Numbered from the stretch's first letter, positions 48,793-62,817 are shown. The stretch is 64,000 bases of DNA from Amoebidium appalachense (GCA_963693365.1 CAVNZM010000003.1:965506-1029505), one strand, 5' to 3'. Numbers and translations are program-made. The notes: generated from the letters alone by a model not told the origin.

Positions 48793-50400
48793 ACCACCAC
48801 CACCACCACCAATCACCCCCTCCTTTGATAGCCACCCGACACCCAGCATAACACAACTGGAACACTGGCCCATGTGGTCAGCCACCCCCCCCCCCCCCCC
48901 CCCCCCCCTCCTCCCCCTCCCCTCTCCTCTGGGGGGCCCACAATCTTTCTATATCTGGCATAAGCACATAAGCACTGGGGCAAAAAGCAGGTGGGATACA
49001 CACCTGACAGGTTTGGCCTATCGACCACGGCCGAGTAGACCTGCAGGGACGCATATGCATCAAGGGCAGCGTAGGTGGCCTGCACCTCTGATAGCGGCTC
49101 GTGCCAGTTGGAGCATCGAACAAGTGCCGGCTTGGGCAGCTTCTTGCCTATGACCTGGGCAGTGATGTCGGCCAAGCCCCGGGCCGCAGAGGTGATAGCT
49201 GCACGGGCATAGCAGAACCGGCCCAGCTCCAGATAGCTGGCCACAGGGGTGCCGTAGTCCTTGTTGAGGTGGGCCGAGTCCGTGCCGATCTGCTTGCCCA
49301 CCTTGATGATGCTGGGGTCCCTAAGCAGCGCAATCAGCTCGTCCACCAGCCGCGCGGGCGGGCTGTGGTTGGGGCCCATGCGTGCCAAGTGGAAGATGTA
49401 CACGGCCCGTGCGGTGGCAATCTGCAGCGTGCAAACCTTGGACCGCGCCTGGCCCACCCGATAGACCCACTCGCAGTCCAGCCCCACCACGCGGTGCTGC
49501 TGCCCCTCCAGGTCGGCACGAATGGCCGCTGTAGCCACCACCGCCCCCTGGCAGTCGGTGTACACCGGCTTAGGGTAGTTGGCCGGCAGCTCCAGCCCAG
49601 GCAGACCGTCCGTCACGCTTACCAGCGCAGCCTCGTTCAGACGGACGGGGCATTTTGGCCGGGCTAGGGTTGGAAACATGCGCTCAACAAACGCCCGGTC
49701 TTGGCAGCACCGATCTGTGTAGAAGAAGGCCGGGCCCTTGCTGTTGAGCGCCGCCGTGGTGGCAGAGATGCGCTGGATCACGGGCTCAATCTCCTGGTGG
49801 CTGCAGTCCCGTGTAAATACCTGCGCCCGGATCTCTGGGGTGCCGCACTGTGTGAGAGGGCATCTCCGAGCAGCCATGCATGTTCTAGCTTCCCTTACCA
49901 CATGGCCCTTCACGAGACTTCAGTGCCCACACAATCCTTTCCCCCTCCCTCCCCCCAAACCCATGTGCCCACATACTTTCCCCTCCCTCTCCCCCCAAAA
50001 CCCTTCCCCCTCCTTCCCCCCAAACCCATGTGCCCACATACTTTCCCCAGGCCTCCCTTTCCCCCAAAATCTTCCCCCCCCCCTCCCCCCCTAAACCCAT
50101 GTACCTACAATCCTTCCCCCTTCCTCCCCCTAAACCCTTGTGATCACAATCCTTTCCCCCTCTCTGCCTTCCCCCCAAACCCATGTGCCCACGATCCTTC
50201 CCCACTCCCCCTCCCCCCAAACCATGGGACAGCCCTCCATATGGCACCTACTGTCCCCCCCCCCCCCCCCCCCCCCCACCCCACCCCGGGCCTCTTGCCC
50301 TCTCTACCTTCAACCCCGACGGTGGTGTCTCCCCCCCCCCCCCCCCCCTGCATCCCCTTGCAATCACTGGCCCCTACTCCCATTCTGCTTGGCAGAAGCT

Positions 50401-50448
<48 letters not shown>

Positions 50449-50987
50449 ATCCCCCCGCCAAAAGAAAGCTCCACCCCAGCCCACCCCAATCTCTACCCAG
50501 CAAAAACACATACACACATATCTGGAGCTTCCTAGTTTTTGCTCGACAGGGCAAGAATTGTCCCCAAAACCCACATACTACAAACCTCTACTCACAGTGT
50601 GCCACCTCATTAAATGTGGAGCCTAAGAGATTTAAAGGCCCTAGAGGGGGGAGGGGGGGGGGGGAGGGGGGGGAGGGGGGGCGTGTGTGTGTGAGTGTGG
50701 GGGGGGGGGGGGGGGGGGCGTGTGGGGGGGGGGGGGGAGGGGGGAAGGGGGCCTGGGGGAGAGTGGGGGGAGGGGGGAGAAGAGGAGGGACCACACACCG
50801 CCAAGCTCGTTTACACAAGTCCATAGGCCTCGGTACAGAGGCTCCCCATTGATGCCGGTGAGCTTCCCAATTTGGAAGGTGTGGTCGGCCTTGAGCACGT
50901 TGTTTACGGGCTTGAGCTGCGTGTCCAGGCTCTGGTACTTTGCCGTGCGGTCGCTGAACTCAGTATACACGGCACTCAGGTATTTGC
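45244..50987 (-). mobile_element. KDZ-superfamily (Zisupton/Dileera-like) transposase gene with an inserted WRN-like 3'-5' exonuclease; exons 50987-50799, 49834-49004, 48565-47925, 47468-47262, 46843-45244; 5' exon(s) not found
   Basis: Spliced motifs in order: KYL..VY, LKADHTF, VNELGEIR, FYTDRCC, [VGLDCEW..TLQIAT..KVG..D..SNW.EPLS..Q..YAALDA], NDAFH..SHP....ARALSEAIF, RIRRVIP, GCLSDPP..LY, YRCIRGTNEVEG.VH, Y.FLA..Q....LPV.T..E..LF. All exon phases are compatible. One extra base in a C10 run (46283-46292) shifts the last exon. Confidence 0.85.
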
Positions 50988-51144
50988 CTGAACCCCAAGT
51001 ACTGTTAGAACTCCACCACCCTCCCATCAGGACCATCCCCCCCATTCCCTCTAGTCCCTCGTGTTCATCTCACCTCTCTGTATTTTCGTAAGTCTGTATG
51101 GCTTTTCCCATCTCAAAAACGCTACACACCCATCTCCGGCCGTT

Positions 51145-51177
<33 letters not shown>

Positions 51178-51869
51178 ACATGTTATTGCCTTTTATGGTT
51201 ATCTTTTTCCCGCACTTTTCATTTCGACCAATAATCTTTGAGTATATCACATTCCTGGGTTGCGCAAACACCCTGCCAAACTTCGAAGTGTGGTCGGCAC
51301 GCTGTGAGCCATGGCCACGCACGGTGACCACTGTGGCAAAGAGACAAGGGTTTCAACTTTAGTGACATGTTACCATTCAGGATAGGCGTATTACATACTT
51401 CGACCCTAATAATTGTTCCAGGCTTTGAGTTTGAATAGGTTTCTATCAACACACAAGACTAGCGTAGTTCTCCCCCACTCCCCCCCCCCCCCCCCCCCCC
51501 CGCGCCCCCACCCAACAAACACACACACACGCACAAACCACTAGAAGGCGATGAACATGTAAGTTCGGCGCCTCGCCTCACATCCAACTGTAGTCCACTT
51601 CAGGACCAATAGTTGCAGATAGACGGATCGAGAAACGATGGCCCAATTGCAAGCATTGTAGACTGGCAACAGAACGACCACAATTAGTATCCGGAAAACA
51701 ACTTTAACCAACGGGCTGGAACACCACATTGCGGCCGTACGTTTGGTAGGTTTTTTTGTGCGAGACGGAGAGGAATATTGACCGTTTGAATGTGTGCTTG
51801 TTCTGTTCCGGCTTTTTAAGGTGCACGTTGTTGCTCTTATTTGTGTGTGCGTGTGTGCGTGTGCGTGAG

Positions 51870-51901
<32 letters not shown>

Positions 51902-51929
51902 TACGTGCGTACGTGCGTGCGTGCGTACG

Positions 51930-51984
<55 letters not shown>

Positions 51985-53135
51985 CCGTGTATAAAGTCGT
52001 GTGTGTGTGTGTGCGCGAGATGTGTCTGTGTGTGTTTATATGTGTGTGTGTGCATGGGGGGGGAGGGGGGGGGGGAGGGGGCTAGTGAGGAAGTGCTGCA
52101 CATGCGGCACACCTTAGCGTCTGTAGACTGTAGAGCCACCCCCCCCCCCCACCTCTCTGTCCCCCCTCCCTCTGTCTCTCTTCTCTCCCTCTCTCTCCCT
52201 TCATCAGTCCATACATCCCTGCCTCCCTCCCTCCCTCTCTCCCTCCCTCTCTTTCTCAACCCCCCCCCCCCCCCCCCCCGCCCTCTCTCTCCTGGGTACC
52301 TTTTTGCTGTCTGCTAACATGCACTTTAGCAGGGCCGATAAATCTTGGGTAAATGCCCTCCCCCTCCCCCCCCCTCCCCTCCCCCCTCCCCCCAACCTTC
52401 TGCCTGGATCTACGGTTCAGATCTAAGAATGGACCCAACCCACGGGCTGCTGGGGCAGACCCACATTGCACAGGTAGCATTATTTCCCCCCCCCTCCCCC
52501 CTTTCCCCCTCATCTGCTATTCGCCCCCCCTTCCCCTCCTGCCTCCCCCCACCCTCCCCCCTCCTCCCCCCAGGCGCTTTTTTGTATCATATCACCCCCA
52601 GGCTCCTTTGGCCTATGCTTTACTCTGTGTACACCACTGCCATTCTCTAACCATCCACCCCTGCCCCCCCCCTCCCCCTCTCTTCCCCCTCCCCCCCCCC
52701 CCCCCCCTCCCCCCCCCCCCCCCCCCCCCGCGGAACCCCCCTGCTCCAAATCCCGCTCTTTCATGTGGGCATAGCACCTCCTAATAAAGGGGTTTGTTCA
52801 AGTGGGCTCAGAATAATACAGTACGAGCCTCCATGTGTTTTCTTCTACTCTGTTGATCCTTCCCCCTCCCCCCCCCCCCCCCCCCCCCCCCCCCTCCCTC
52901 CCTCCCTCAATCCATGAGCAATAATAAATTATAAACATAATGATAATTGCAATATGATATTATAATGATAGTAACAATATCAGTATACACGACAACAACA
53001 ACAAAAAAAGAAGATAACGTTAAGAACAAGCACAAAAGAAATCAGCAACAGAAAAAACCGAAAAGAAACACTGAACTTTAACCCAAAAAGAACAAAACGC
53101 TAACCCGGTGTTTTGTATGTGGTAAATCCGACCAG

Positions 53136-53830
53136 GTGGTGATGATCAAAGACTACCTCCTCTCATACCAGTGGGAGACCGGGTGGGAGGAGTCCGAGAT
53201 AGACGAATGGTGTCTGGAATTACGCCAGCACGGCATACGCACCATGGCCGTTTTGCACTACCTCCTACCCGTTGATTGGACAAATATCAGCATACCCGTA
53301 CTACCGAAAAAGCTTCTGATGAAAGCGTGCGGGGTGAGAAGGGACTCCACGCCTACGCTGCCAACGCACGCGAACCCGTTTGCAACCCTGAACATGACGT
53401 CACATTCCACCCCCGTGCAACACGTGACACAATCGCACATACCACATACCATTGCGCATACCGATGGGTCAACATCGGCATATGACGGTCTGAATTTTGT
53501 GTCTGTCGATAACGAGGTATAGAGCTCCCCCCCTCTCCCCCCCCCCGGGCCCTGCCCTGCTCTAACTCCCTCTTGATGATGGGATCTGTGCAAGTGGCTT
53601 CTGACTGCACGATTGTTGGGTTTATGAATGGCGTTTTTGTTTTTGCGAAATTTTCGGTATTTTTGCTTCCATGTTTCCCTTTTTCTAATGCCCCCCCCCC
53701 CCCCCCCCCCCCCGGCCCCTCCCCCCTTCGGAGGTTTTCCAGACAAAAGTCGGGCTACATGAACACAGTGTCCACACACATGCGAACACTGCGCACTCAC
53801 ACACCCACACTTTAAATGGCATGCACACTT

Positions 53831-53917
<87 letters not shown>

Positions 53918-53970
53918 TGGTCGTAAACCCGCAGCCACGTGCTTTACCACGTTCACATGCCCCCCCCTCC

Positions 53971-54007
<37 letters not shown>

Positions 54008-54731
54008 CGCTTTCCCTCCCCACAACTTTCATGTTCATACACGTGCACCCATAAAGGGGCAGATTGCACCCTAGACGTACCCCCTATGCCTCCTCCCTGT
54101 CTCACCCTCTTCCTTGTTTTCATGTTTCCCTCACTGTGCCCCCCTCCCCCCCCCCCCCCCCCCTACCCCCTCCAAAGTCTCACAGCTTCTCTTTGTACCC
54201 CCCTGATGTTGGGCTCGGTTCATGTTTCTCGTTATTTATTTTGGTGTCTATGATTGTGTTATTTTTTTTGTCGTAATCCATGTTTCACGTTGGTTTTTGG
54301 CGTCGTTTTATCCGATCGAAACCCCCCCCCCCCCCCCCCCCCCTTCCCCTCCGCCTCCCCGTAATGCATCCCCATCCCCTCCCCCCCCCCCCCCCCCGCG
54401 CCCACAAATACACACAAGCACACACACCGTCCCCGCGTCCCTTCCTTTGTCAATATGATTGTCCCCCCCACTCTCTCCGGTTTCCTCTTCTCCCCAACTC
54501 TCCCATGTTTCTCTCCTCCTCCCCTCTGCTCAATGGCCTTCCAACCTCAAGAAAACACCCATTCAGTTGTTTGTCGAGAAATCATGCCGTGAATGTGAGA
54601 GGTCAATACAGATGCCACACTGCTTACCATCCAACAACCCCTCTCCCCCCTCCCCCCCCCCCCCCCCCCCAACACCTTCTCCCCACCACCTCCTCCCCCT
54701 CCCCCCCCCCCCCTTCCTCCTCCCCCCCCCC

Positions 54732-54765
<34 letters not shown>

Positions 54766-55510
54766 CTTCCATTCGCCCCATTTCCCCCCCCCCCCCCAAA
54801 AAAAAAAAAAAAAAAAAAAAAGCAGGAGAGCAGTATGGGTGAGGGAGATCAAGACGACCGCTCAAGAGATGGAGAGGAAGAGGAGCTTTTTGAAGGTTGG
54901 TGTTCCTCCCCCCCCCCCCCCCCCCCCAACCACTACCACCACCACCAAAAAAAAAAAAAAAAAAAGGATGGCCTCTGCTTATTATGCATACTCTTTCATG
55001 TATGCTTTGCGATCTGTATTGTGTTGTCCGTCATGAATATGCACTTTGTACTCTATAATTCACATTCTAACCCTCCCCCCTTCCCCCCCCCCCCCCCCCC
55101 CCCCCCCCCCATGACTTGGGCCCTCCCTGAGGATGGGCTCTGCTTATGACGCATACTGTGCGCATGGCTGATGTTCCTTACTTGAATGTTTGCCTTTGCA
55201 TGTGTCCTGCACCATACTTCTCATCGTGTATGCGTACTTCGTACCGTGTTCGGCATTCAACCCCCCCCCCGGGCACACAGAAACACACACCCCTACCTCG
55301 TCTCCCTTCCTCCTCGGTGTGCCCATGCACTCTCTCAATCCGCCACTCACCTGCTGTTTACCTCGCTATTGATAGGATGTTGTGAAGAACACCGTTCCGA
55401 TCATGAGATTGCCTTTTTGTCTTTTGCCTTTTGGGGGGAGGGGAGAGGGGGGAAAGGGGGTGGGGGGGAGGCGGTGGGGTGTTTTGGGGGGGGGGGGGGG
55501 GGGGGGGGAG

Positions 55511-55544
<34 letters not shown>

Positions 55545-56782
55545 GGGAGGGGGGTGGATGGATGGGGGTCACCCATCGCACCCACAAGCTAAATAATGTT
55601 AAACATGCAAAGATGTATCATGTATGCGGGCACATCGACAAACACCCTTCCAACTACCTCCTGTACCCCTCCTCCCCCGCTTCCCCCCTAATCAAGAAAA
55701 AAAGGATATCAATAAATAAAAAAAATAAAAAGGTGGGGAAAAAAAAAAAGAAAAGCACACAAGCTCACGTGTGTGTGTATGACATTCCTCACGTCTGCAC
55801 ACAAATATGGGAACAAATACACAGGCATACACACACACATACACACACACACACACACCGAAAATCATAAAAAAAAACCTCCCAAACACATTCAAACACC
55901 TGCCCCACCACATACCCCACTCACACGCTAAACCATACACACACAGGTTTCCGCCGGCTAGGCCGAGCAACCACCGTAGCAGATTACATGACGGTATTAT
56001 CTGAAGTGGCGAGAGCAAAAAAACTACACCCATACTACCAAATGACAGAGGGATTCTATTCACGCATAGGCACGTCACAACCAACACACTCCAAAGCACA
56101 CAGGCTCGTACGTTTTCTGCGACAGTATTCGCACGAGCCGTCAGTTTTGGCGATTTTGCAAAATCCCGGAAATTTCACGATCGTGCAGGCTCGGAGGATT
56201 CTTGCGGACGCCGCGGCGAAAATTCCCGGAGCTTTGGAGGAATTGGGCCAGGAGTCTTATATGTACACGCCGCGAACGCACATGCAAGGGGAAATGCCGA
56301 GACGATCATCGGAGCAATCGAAAATGAACGGACAAAACCACGTAAATTTGCAAGTGAACGAAGATTTAACGGGAGGTGTGAACGTTGGAATAGGTGGCGA
56401 GATAATGTCCGTTGGGATAGACGGGAGCGGTGGGCAGCTGCTTACTGAGGAAACGGGAGATAACGGTGTGATAGATTCTGGGGAAATTGAAGAGGAAGAT
56501 GAAGAGGTGATAGTGACAGACCACCACCACCACGACGACTTGCATGGGGGGGTTGGTGTTGGTATGGGTTTAGGTGTGGGTTTGGGAAATTTACGAAATT
56601 TCGTAGAACATAGTTTTGTTGTGGGGGGAAGTAGGGTGGTAGGTACGGGGGCTTTGGTTTCGACCGAATCGCACGATGATACAGATCTGGACGATATCGG
56701 ACAGCCCGGGATAGTGATGGAGGGACATGGGCATCCAATCAATGTGGATAGTTATCACGAGGATTTTATTGGGGCTACGTGA
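53136..56782 (+). CDS. Host gene with an N-terminal SAM-like domain and acidic disordered C-terminus; exons 53136-53516, 54826-54895, 55947-56782 (start and possible extra exons unresolved)
   Basis: W...EIDEWCLELRQHGIRTMAVLHYL...DWTNISIPVLPKKLLMKA resembles a SAM helical pattern. AG/GT boundaries give in-frame joins DNE|ESSM and LFEG|FRRLGR into ORF 55988-56782. Confidence 0.65.
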
Positions 56783-57360
56783 TTGGGTTAGATGCCGTGT
56801 GGATAGGAGGTATGTGGTTTATTTTATGTTCGTGATGATGGGAGTTTCGTGGCTCTTTTCGCTTCTAAGATGGGGTGTAGGTTGGAGAATGTCGTTTTGC
56901 CTGATAGGGTGGGTGTACATAGTGGAATTTGGTTAGAATACTTCCTTTTTTGTATGTTTTTTTTCTCGTTCATTTTTTTTTTCCGGACATTAGTACTGGC
57001 AATGTGTGTATGTGTGTGTGTGTGTGCTTGTGGAAGGCACTACACCGTAATACGGCAACCAGGACATGTATAGTGTGGGGGTATATGGGGGTGCATATAA
57101 AAGTGCCCCATTTCAATATTAGAAATATTAGAAAAGGATGTGTACTGGTCAGACTTTATTTTGCCTTTTTATAACAGCATGATGGCAAGATGATACGGTG
57201 TAATCGGTTACATGGCCCAAGAGTCGTGATATAGTGTGTATGTGTACAGCTGCTTGTGAGTGTGGTGGGTTTATAAACGAAGAGTGGGTGAGTATGCAGG
57301 TGCACGAGCTGAAAGTTTGCCTGGGAGGGTGTCATGTGTGTGTTTTTTCTTTCTTTTTTT

Positions 57361-57413
<53 letters not shown>

Positions 57414-57592
57414 GAGGGGGGGGAGGGGGGGGGGGGGGGGGGGGGAGAGGGAGGGGAAAGATGGAGGTCTGAGTTGAGATACATCCTGCGTAAGGAGGTT
57501 GTCGGGGGAGGAGGGGGGGAGAGAGGGGGGTTCGATGGACACAACTTTGAGGGGGCCAATATATTTAGTCTACATTGCGTTAACCTACCCAC

Positions 57593-58093
57593 CTCTTGGT
57601 AGTACTCCACATGGCCCCCCGTCACATTCCACCGATTGACCTCTGAGTCGTAGACGCTCGATACTTCGTCCAAAATATCCCCCCAAACCCCGTGATATTT
57701 CCATAGGACCCCATATGTGTTGATGTCCGTCTTCACTTCTGCAATCGGCCTGCATGTGTGTTTATGTATGTTGGTGGTGGTGGTTGTTGTTCGGGGGGAG
57801 GGGGAGGGCTGGGGGGAGGGGGGGGGGGGGGGGGGTGGATGGGGATGGGTGTGTGGGTATGTGTGTGCATGTGTGCGTGTGTGTGTGTGTGTGGTGGTGG
57901 TGGTGGGGGGGGGGGGGGGGGGGGGGGTGCTGGCGTGTGTGCGTGTGCGTGTGCGTGTGTGTGCGCGTGCATGCACGCACGCGTGCGTGTGCGTTTACGT
58001 GTGTGTGTGTCTGTGTGCGTCTGTGTGAATGTGGTTTGTGTAGGCTGGCTAATTGGCCGAGAGGGCAGGCTATGGTGGGGAACTTTTTCTTTT

Positions 58094-58139
<46 letters not shown>

Positions 58140-58280
58140 GCAGAATGGGTTGGTGTGGGACCTATAGACTCTTTGAAAGGAGGCAAAAGGAGGCACATAC
58201 AAGAGAAGGGGACAAGAGGGCGATTGCTGGAGGGACATTGGGGTAGTGTGTGGGTGTATTGGGTGTGTATGTGTGTGTGT

Positions 58281-58342
<62 letters not shown>

Positions 58343-58451
58343 TGATTTTTAAGCACAACTGGGTGGGTGGTTAATGCACGTAGAGGGGATTCACAATTCA
58401 CGAACTGCAAAGGTTTCTATGGCTCCAAGAAAAAGCAGGCGGCCGGCCCCT

Positions 58452-58482
<31 letters not shown>

Positions 58483-59482
58483 GGGGGAGGGGGGGGGGAG
58501 GGGAGGCGGGGGGGGATGATTTTTAAGCACAACTGGGTGGGTGGTTAATGCACGTAGAGGGGATTCACAATTCACGAACTGCAAAGGTTTCTATGGCTCC
58601 AAGAAAAAGCAGGCGGCCGGCCCCTTTTTTTTTGGGGGGGGGGGGGGGGGGAGGGGGGGGAGGGGAGGGCGGGGGGGGGGGGGGGGGGGGGAGGGGGGGG
58701 GGGGGAGGAAAGGCACCCCGCGGGGGGGGGGGGGGGGGGAGGTAGCCGGGGGGTGGGGGGAGGGGGGGGGGGGGGATATTTCAAATTGGGGGGATGGAAA
58801 AAAAGGCAAACACCGGGTTTAAAGACTATGTAGGTATTCTCAATGGCATGCATGGAATTCTCTTTGTATGTCGGGCCCCCCCCTAAATGGGCATACCATA
58901 GGTGGTAAAAACCAATCAGTGTGCTAGATCTTTTTCGGTATCCATTGAGAGAAGTCGACATAGACATTAAGGTAACTCTAGGGGGATGGATTTTCGCTAA
59001 AACTTGTGGGTGCGCATCAGATCGAGATCGATCATGTTCCATAATTGATCCAGATGGTAAATCGAGGCCAAAAGCCCGAAAGTTCATCGTTTAATTTAAA
59101 CCCCATGTCAATTGTGAGAGAATTAGCACACATACTGGGGGAGATTTTGAAAATTCAAATATAAAGCGGGGGGGGGGGGGGGGGGGGGGGGTATTTAGTT
59201 ATATCGGAAAGGTGGTATCCCTTGGAAAAATCGTGTTCTACTTCTTAGCGGTCTGGGGAAGAAGGTCAGCCAGAGGGGGGGGGGCTGGGGTTGGGGGGGA
59301 GGATGAACCGGGGGGGGGGGGGGTTTAAAGGGAATTCCAGTGGGAAAATTGGGTGGATAACGAGCATTTTTCGGGAGGGTAGGGGACCAGTCAGGAATAA
59401 TATTCGGTAGGTGGGGCAAGAAATATCCCGGCACTATGGGAGCGGGGAGGGTGTGGGGAGGGGGGGAGGGTGAAGTGGTGAA

Positions 59483-59519
<37 letters not shown>

Positions 59520-59713
59520 GGGGGGGGGGGGTGGAAGGGGGAGGAGGGGAGGTTAGGGGGGGACGGGGGGTGAGGGAGGGGAAGGCGGGAGGGGATCAAT
59601 ACCTTAGGCCGACAGTGTACCACACACCCGTTGCAAGGTCTGTGTGTGAGACTTTGGTGTGCACATAGCCAAGTAGATGCACACCCATACGCCCTAGGTG
59701 GGTAGCACACGCC

Positions 59714-59798
<85 letters not shown>

Positions 59799-62611
59799 GT
59801 GCGTGTGTGTGTGTGTGTGCGCGCGCGCGCAGGCGTGCGTATGTGTGTGTGTGCGCGCGTGCAAGAATGCGTGCTTGCGTGCCTTTGAGTGCGTGTGCGT
59901 GTGTGCATGTTTTTGTACCAAATGGGTTGGTGGGGCAGTTAAATTGAGGAAAGGGTGTAGTGTCTCGTTTTTTGAACTGCGGTTTGAAAGGTGCTTTGCA
60001 CAAGCAAGCTTGCTCTAGGCACATAACAAAAAGTGGGTGTTTGGGTTTGTGCGCAAGGCAAATCGAGGTGTATGTGCCTTTACTTAACCTTGAATTCCTG
60101 TACTCATGTTGTGTTGTCATTATACGCATGGGTTCAAAGGAGCAAGGTTGGGGGAAGGGGGGGGGGGGGGGGAGGCTTTTGCACGTTACACGGAACCAGA
60201 AAGTTGGTAGATTTTAGGTTGCAATCAATCCAAAACCACCCACAACACTTTCATACCTTTGTTCCCTCCATCGCTTTGGTGGTGGTATGTGGCCCACACC
60301 CGGCATTTAGGATAGCGGTTACTGCACTGCACCCTTTTGAAATTTCAAGAAAGAATGTGTCCGTGCATTCCAACGTATACTGGGAGTCCCATTGGTATAG
60401 GGGGACTAGGACGGCGGGGAGTTTTGTGGGTGCAGATTGGTGGGTGTATACACATATGGGGGTAGGGGGGAAGATTGTGTTGTTGTTGATGAAAATGGGG
60501 TTGTAGGTGTGGGTGTGTTGTCTGTTTGGGTGGTGGTGGTGGTGGTGGTGGTGGTGATGGCGGTATTCGTTGTGTAGGTTGTGATAGGTGTGGTGTTGGT
60601 TAAGGGGGAGGAGGGTGCAAGATTAGCTGTGTTTAAGGCAGTAGTGGTTGCAGTTTGTAAGTCGGAAGATGTGGTGGTGGGTGTGCGCGATGTGAAAAGG
60701 GTGGTGCTATTTGCTGATTCGGATGTAGAGTTTAATGGGGGAGAATTTGTGGTGGTGGTGGTTAAGCTAATGAATGGTGTCGTGGTGGTTGAGGTGGTTG
60801 AAGAGGTTTAGGGGGCTGTATTGGTGGTGAGGTAGGTGTAGGAAGGGGTGGTGGTGTTTGTGGTGGCTGTATTTGAAATAGTAAAGGTGGGTGTGGTGGT
60901 GGGTGTATTCGTTGTGGGTGAAGTCAATGGTGTTGGTGTGGTGGTGGTAGCAGAGTTTATAGTTGATTTGGTGGGTGTTTGGCTGGTAGTTGATGTTGTG
61001 AGTTTCGTAGTAGTGGCGGTGGTAGAATTCGTCGTGGTGAAACTGGTGGTCTTTCGTTGTGGTGGTTGTGGTAGGTGATTTCGTCGTCGTGGTTGTGGTA
61101 GATTGTTTCATGCTAGGAGAAGTGGTAGGTGAATTCGTCGAAGTTGGTTGCTCGGTTGTTGTGTTAATATTAGATGATTTCGTTGTGCTGGTTGTGGTAG
61201 AGGCTTTCGTTGTGGTGGTGGTTATATTAGGAGGTTTCGTTGTAGTAGCATTACTTGAGAATGTGTTGGTAGTAGAAAGTGATTTTGTTGTGGTGTAAGT
61301 TGAAATTATTTTCGTTGTGTTGGTGGTGGTCGTGAGGGGCAGCAACGCGGTGGTGGTGGTTGAAAGTTTCATTGTGGTGGTGGTTGAAAGTTTCGTTGTG
61401 GTGGTGGTTGAAAGTTTCGCTGTGGTGGTGGTTGAAAGTTTCGTTGTGGTGGTGGGGGGTTTCGTTGTGGTCGTGTTAGGTGTTTTCGTTGTGGTGGTCA
61501 TGGCAGAAGGCTTGTATGTGGTTGCAGTTGTAATAATGGTAGCATTGGAAGTTTCAGGTTGCGTAGTGGTAGGTGGTTGTAGCAAGGGTGACTTGTTTTG
61601 TTGCGATTGTGGTGGACGAGAAAGATGCCACTGCCCGGCGTAGTTTTCCGTTGTCATGCCTTCCATATCCGACTGCTCTGACATTCACCGTTCGGTATCT
61701 GTTGTGTTTTGGATGGGGTTGGTGAGTGTGAAAGAGAAAGGGAGGGAGGGGAGGGGAAAGATACGGGGGGGGGGGGGGGGGGGGATGGGGGGGAGGAGGG
61801 TTGGGGGGGGGGGGAAGGGTTGAGGAGGGGGAGTATTGCCGGGGGTGGGGGTGGGGGGAGGGTGGATGGGGAGAAGGGGGGAAAGAAGGGTGATTTCTGG
61901 TTGGCTAACACAAAACCCCCCCCAACCTCCCTATTCCAACTCCAGAACAACCCCCCTCCCTCCTCCTCCCCCTCTCCTCCCGCCTCCCCGCGGACCCCCG
62001 CCCCCCCCTCTTCTTCTTAGGAAAACAAGGTTGAACGGGACAACAAAAAGGGGCGAGTATCACCCTCCACTCAGACGTTTTCTACGTTATGCACCCAACA
62101 TCCCTTTACTTGGAACCATAACATGAAGCGAATATAGACATACAGTACTAGTGTTTTTTTTAATACAGTGTGCTGTATTAGAAACTGGCATGCGTGTAAT
62201 CGAAATTTTCCAAATTTCATAGAAATTCTTCAAAGATATCGTAGCTACAGCACTCACGTGCACCCGCCAAAGCCAATATCCACGACGTTGCACCCATTTA
62301 ATGCTTTGCAGCGCCTTGCACACTCTTGGATACTGACTGCTGGTGGTGTGCGCCCTTCCCTGCTGGACGTGTTTCCACTCTCTGCATGTGGGAGTCACGC
62401 TTTTTAACCAATAAATTCCCTCTTCTGATGATTGGTTACTTACTACAGAAGGCTTCAGGATTTTTTTAGGGCTCTTGATTTCGGTGTGACCTCCCCTCTC
62501 ATTCCAACCCCCAGACGCACACCAGTGGCACCGCACGCACGCACGCACGCACGCATGCACGCATGTACGCACGCACGCACACACGCACACACGCACTCAC
62601 GGACGCACACA

Positions 62612-62703
<92 letters not shown>

Positions 62704-62817
62704 CACACGCACACACGCACAACCCACACGCAAACACACACACGCACACAAAATCACACACACACACGCACGCACACACACACACTCGCACGCACGCAAG
62801 CACACACACACACACCG

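Noticed and set aside
51122-52400. Candidate 5' exons of the KDZ transposase (ADHTSKFG and FTQDLSALLKCML fragments)
   Set aside because: I could not build phase-consistent exons containing the expected Cys-rich N-terminal motifs.
58820-59450. Possible LINE C-terminal remnant in the spherulin intron
   Set aside because: Only a weak KIHPPRV resemblance and no RT motifs.
60581-61643. Val-rich plus-strand ORFs
   Set aside because: They are the antisense shadow of the Thr-rich minus-strand exon.
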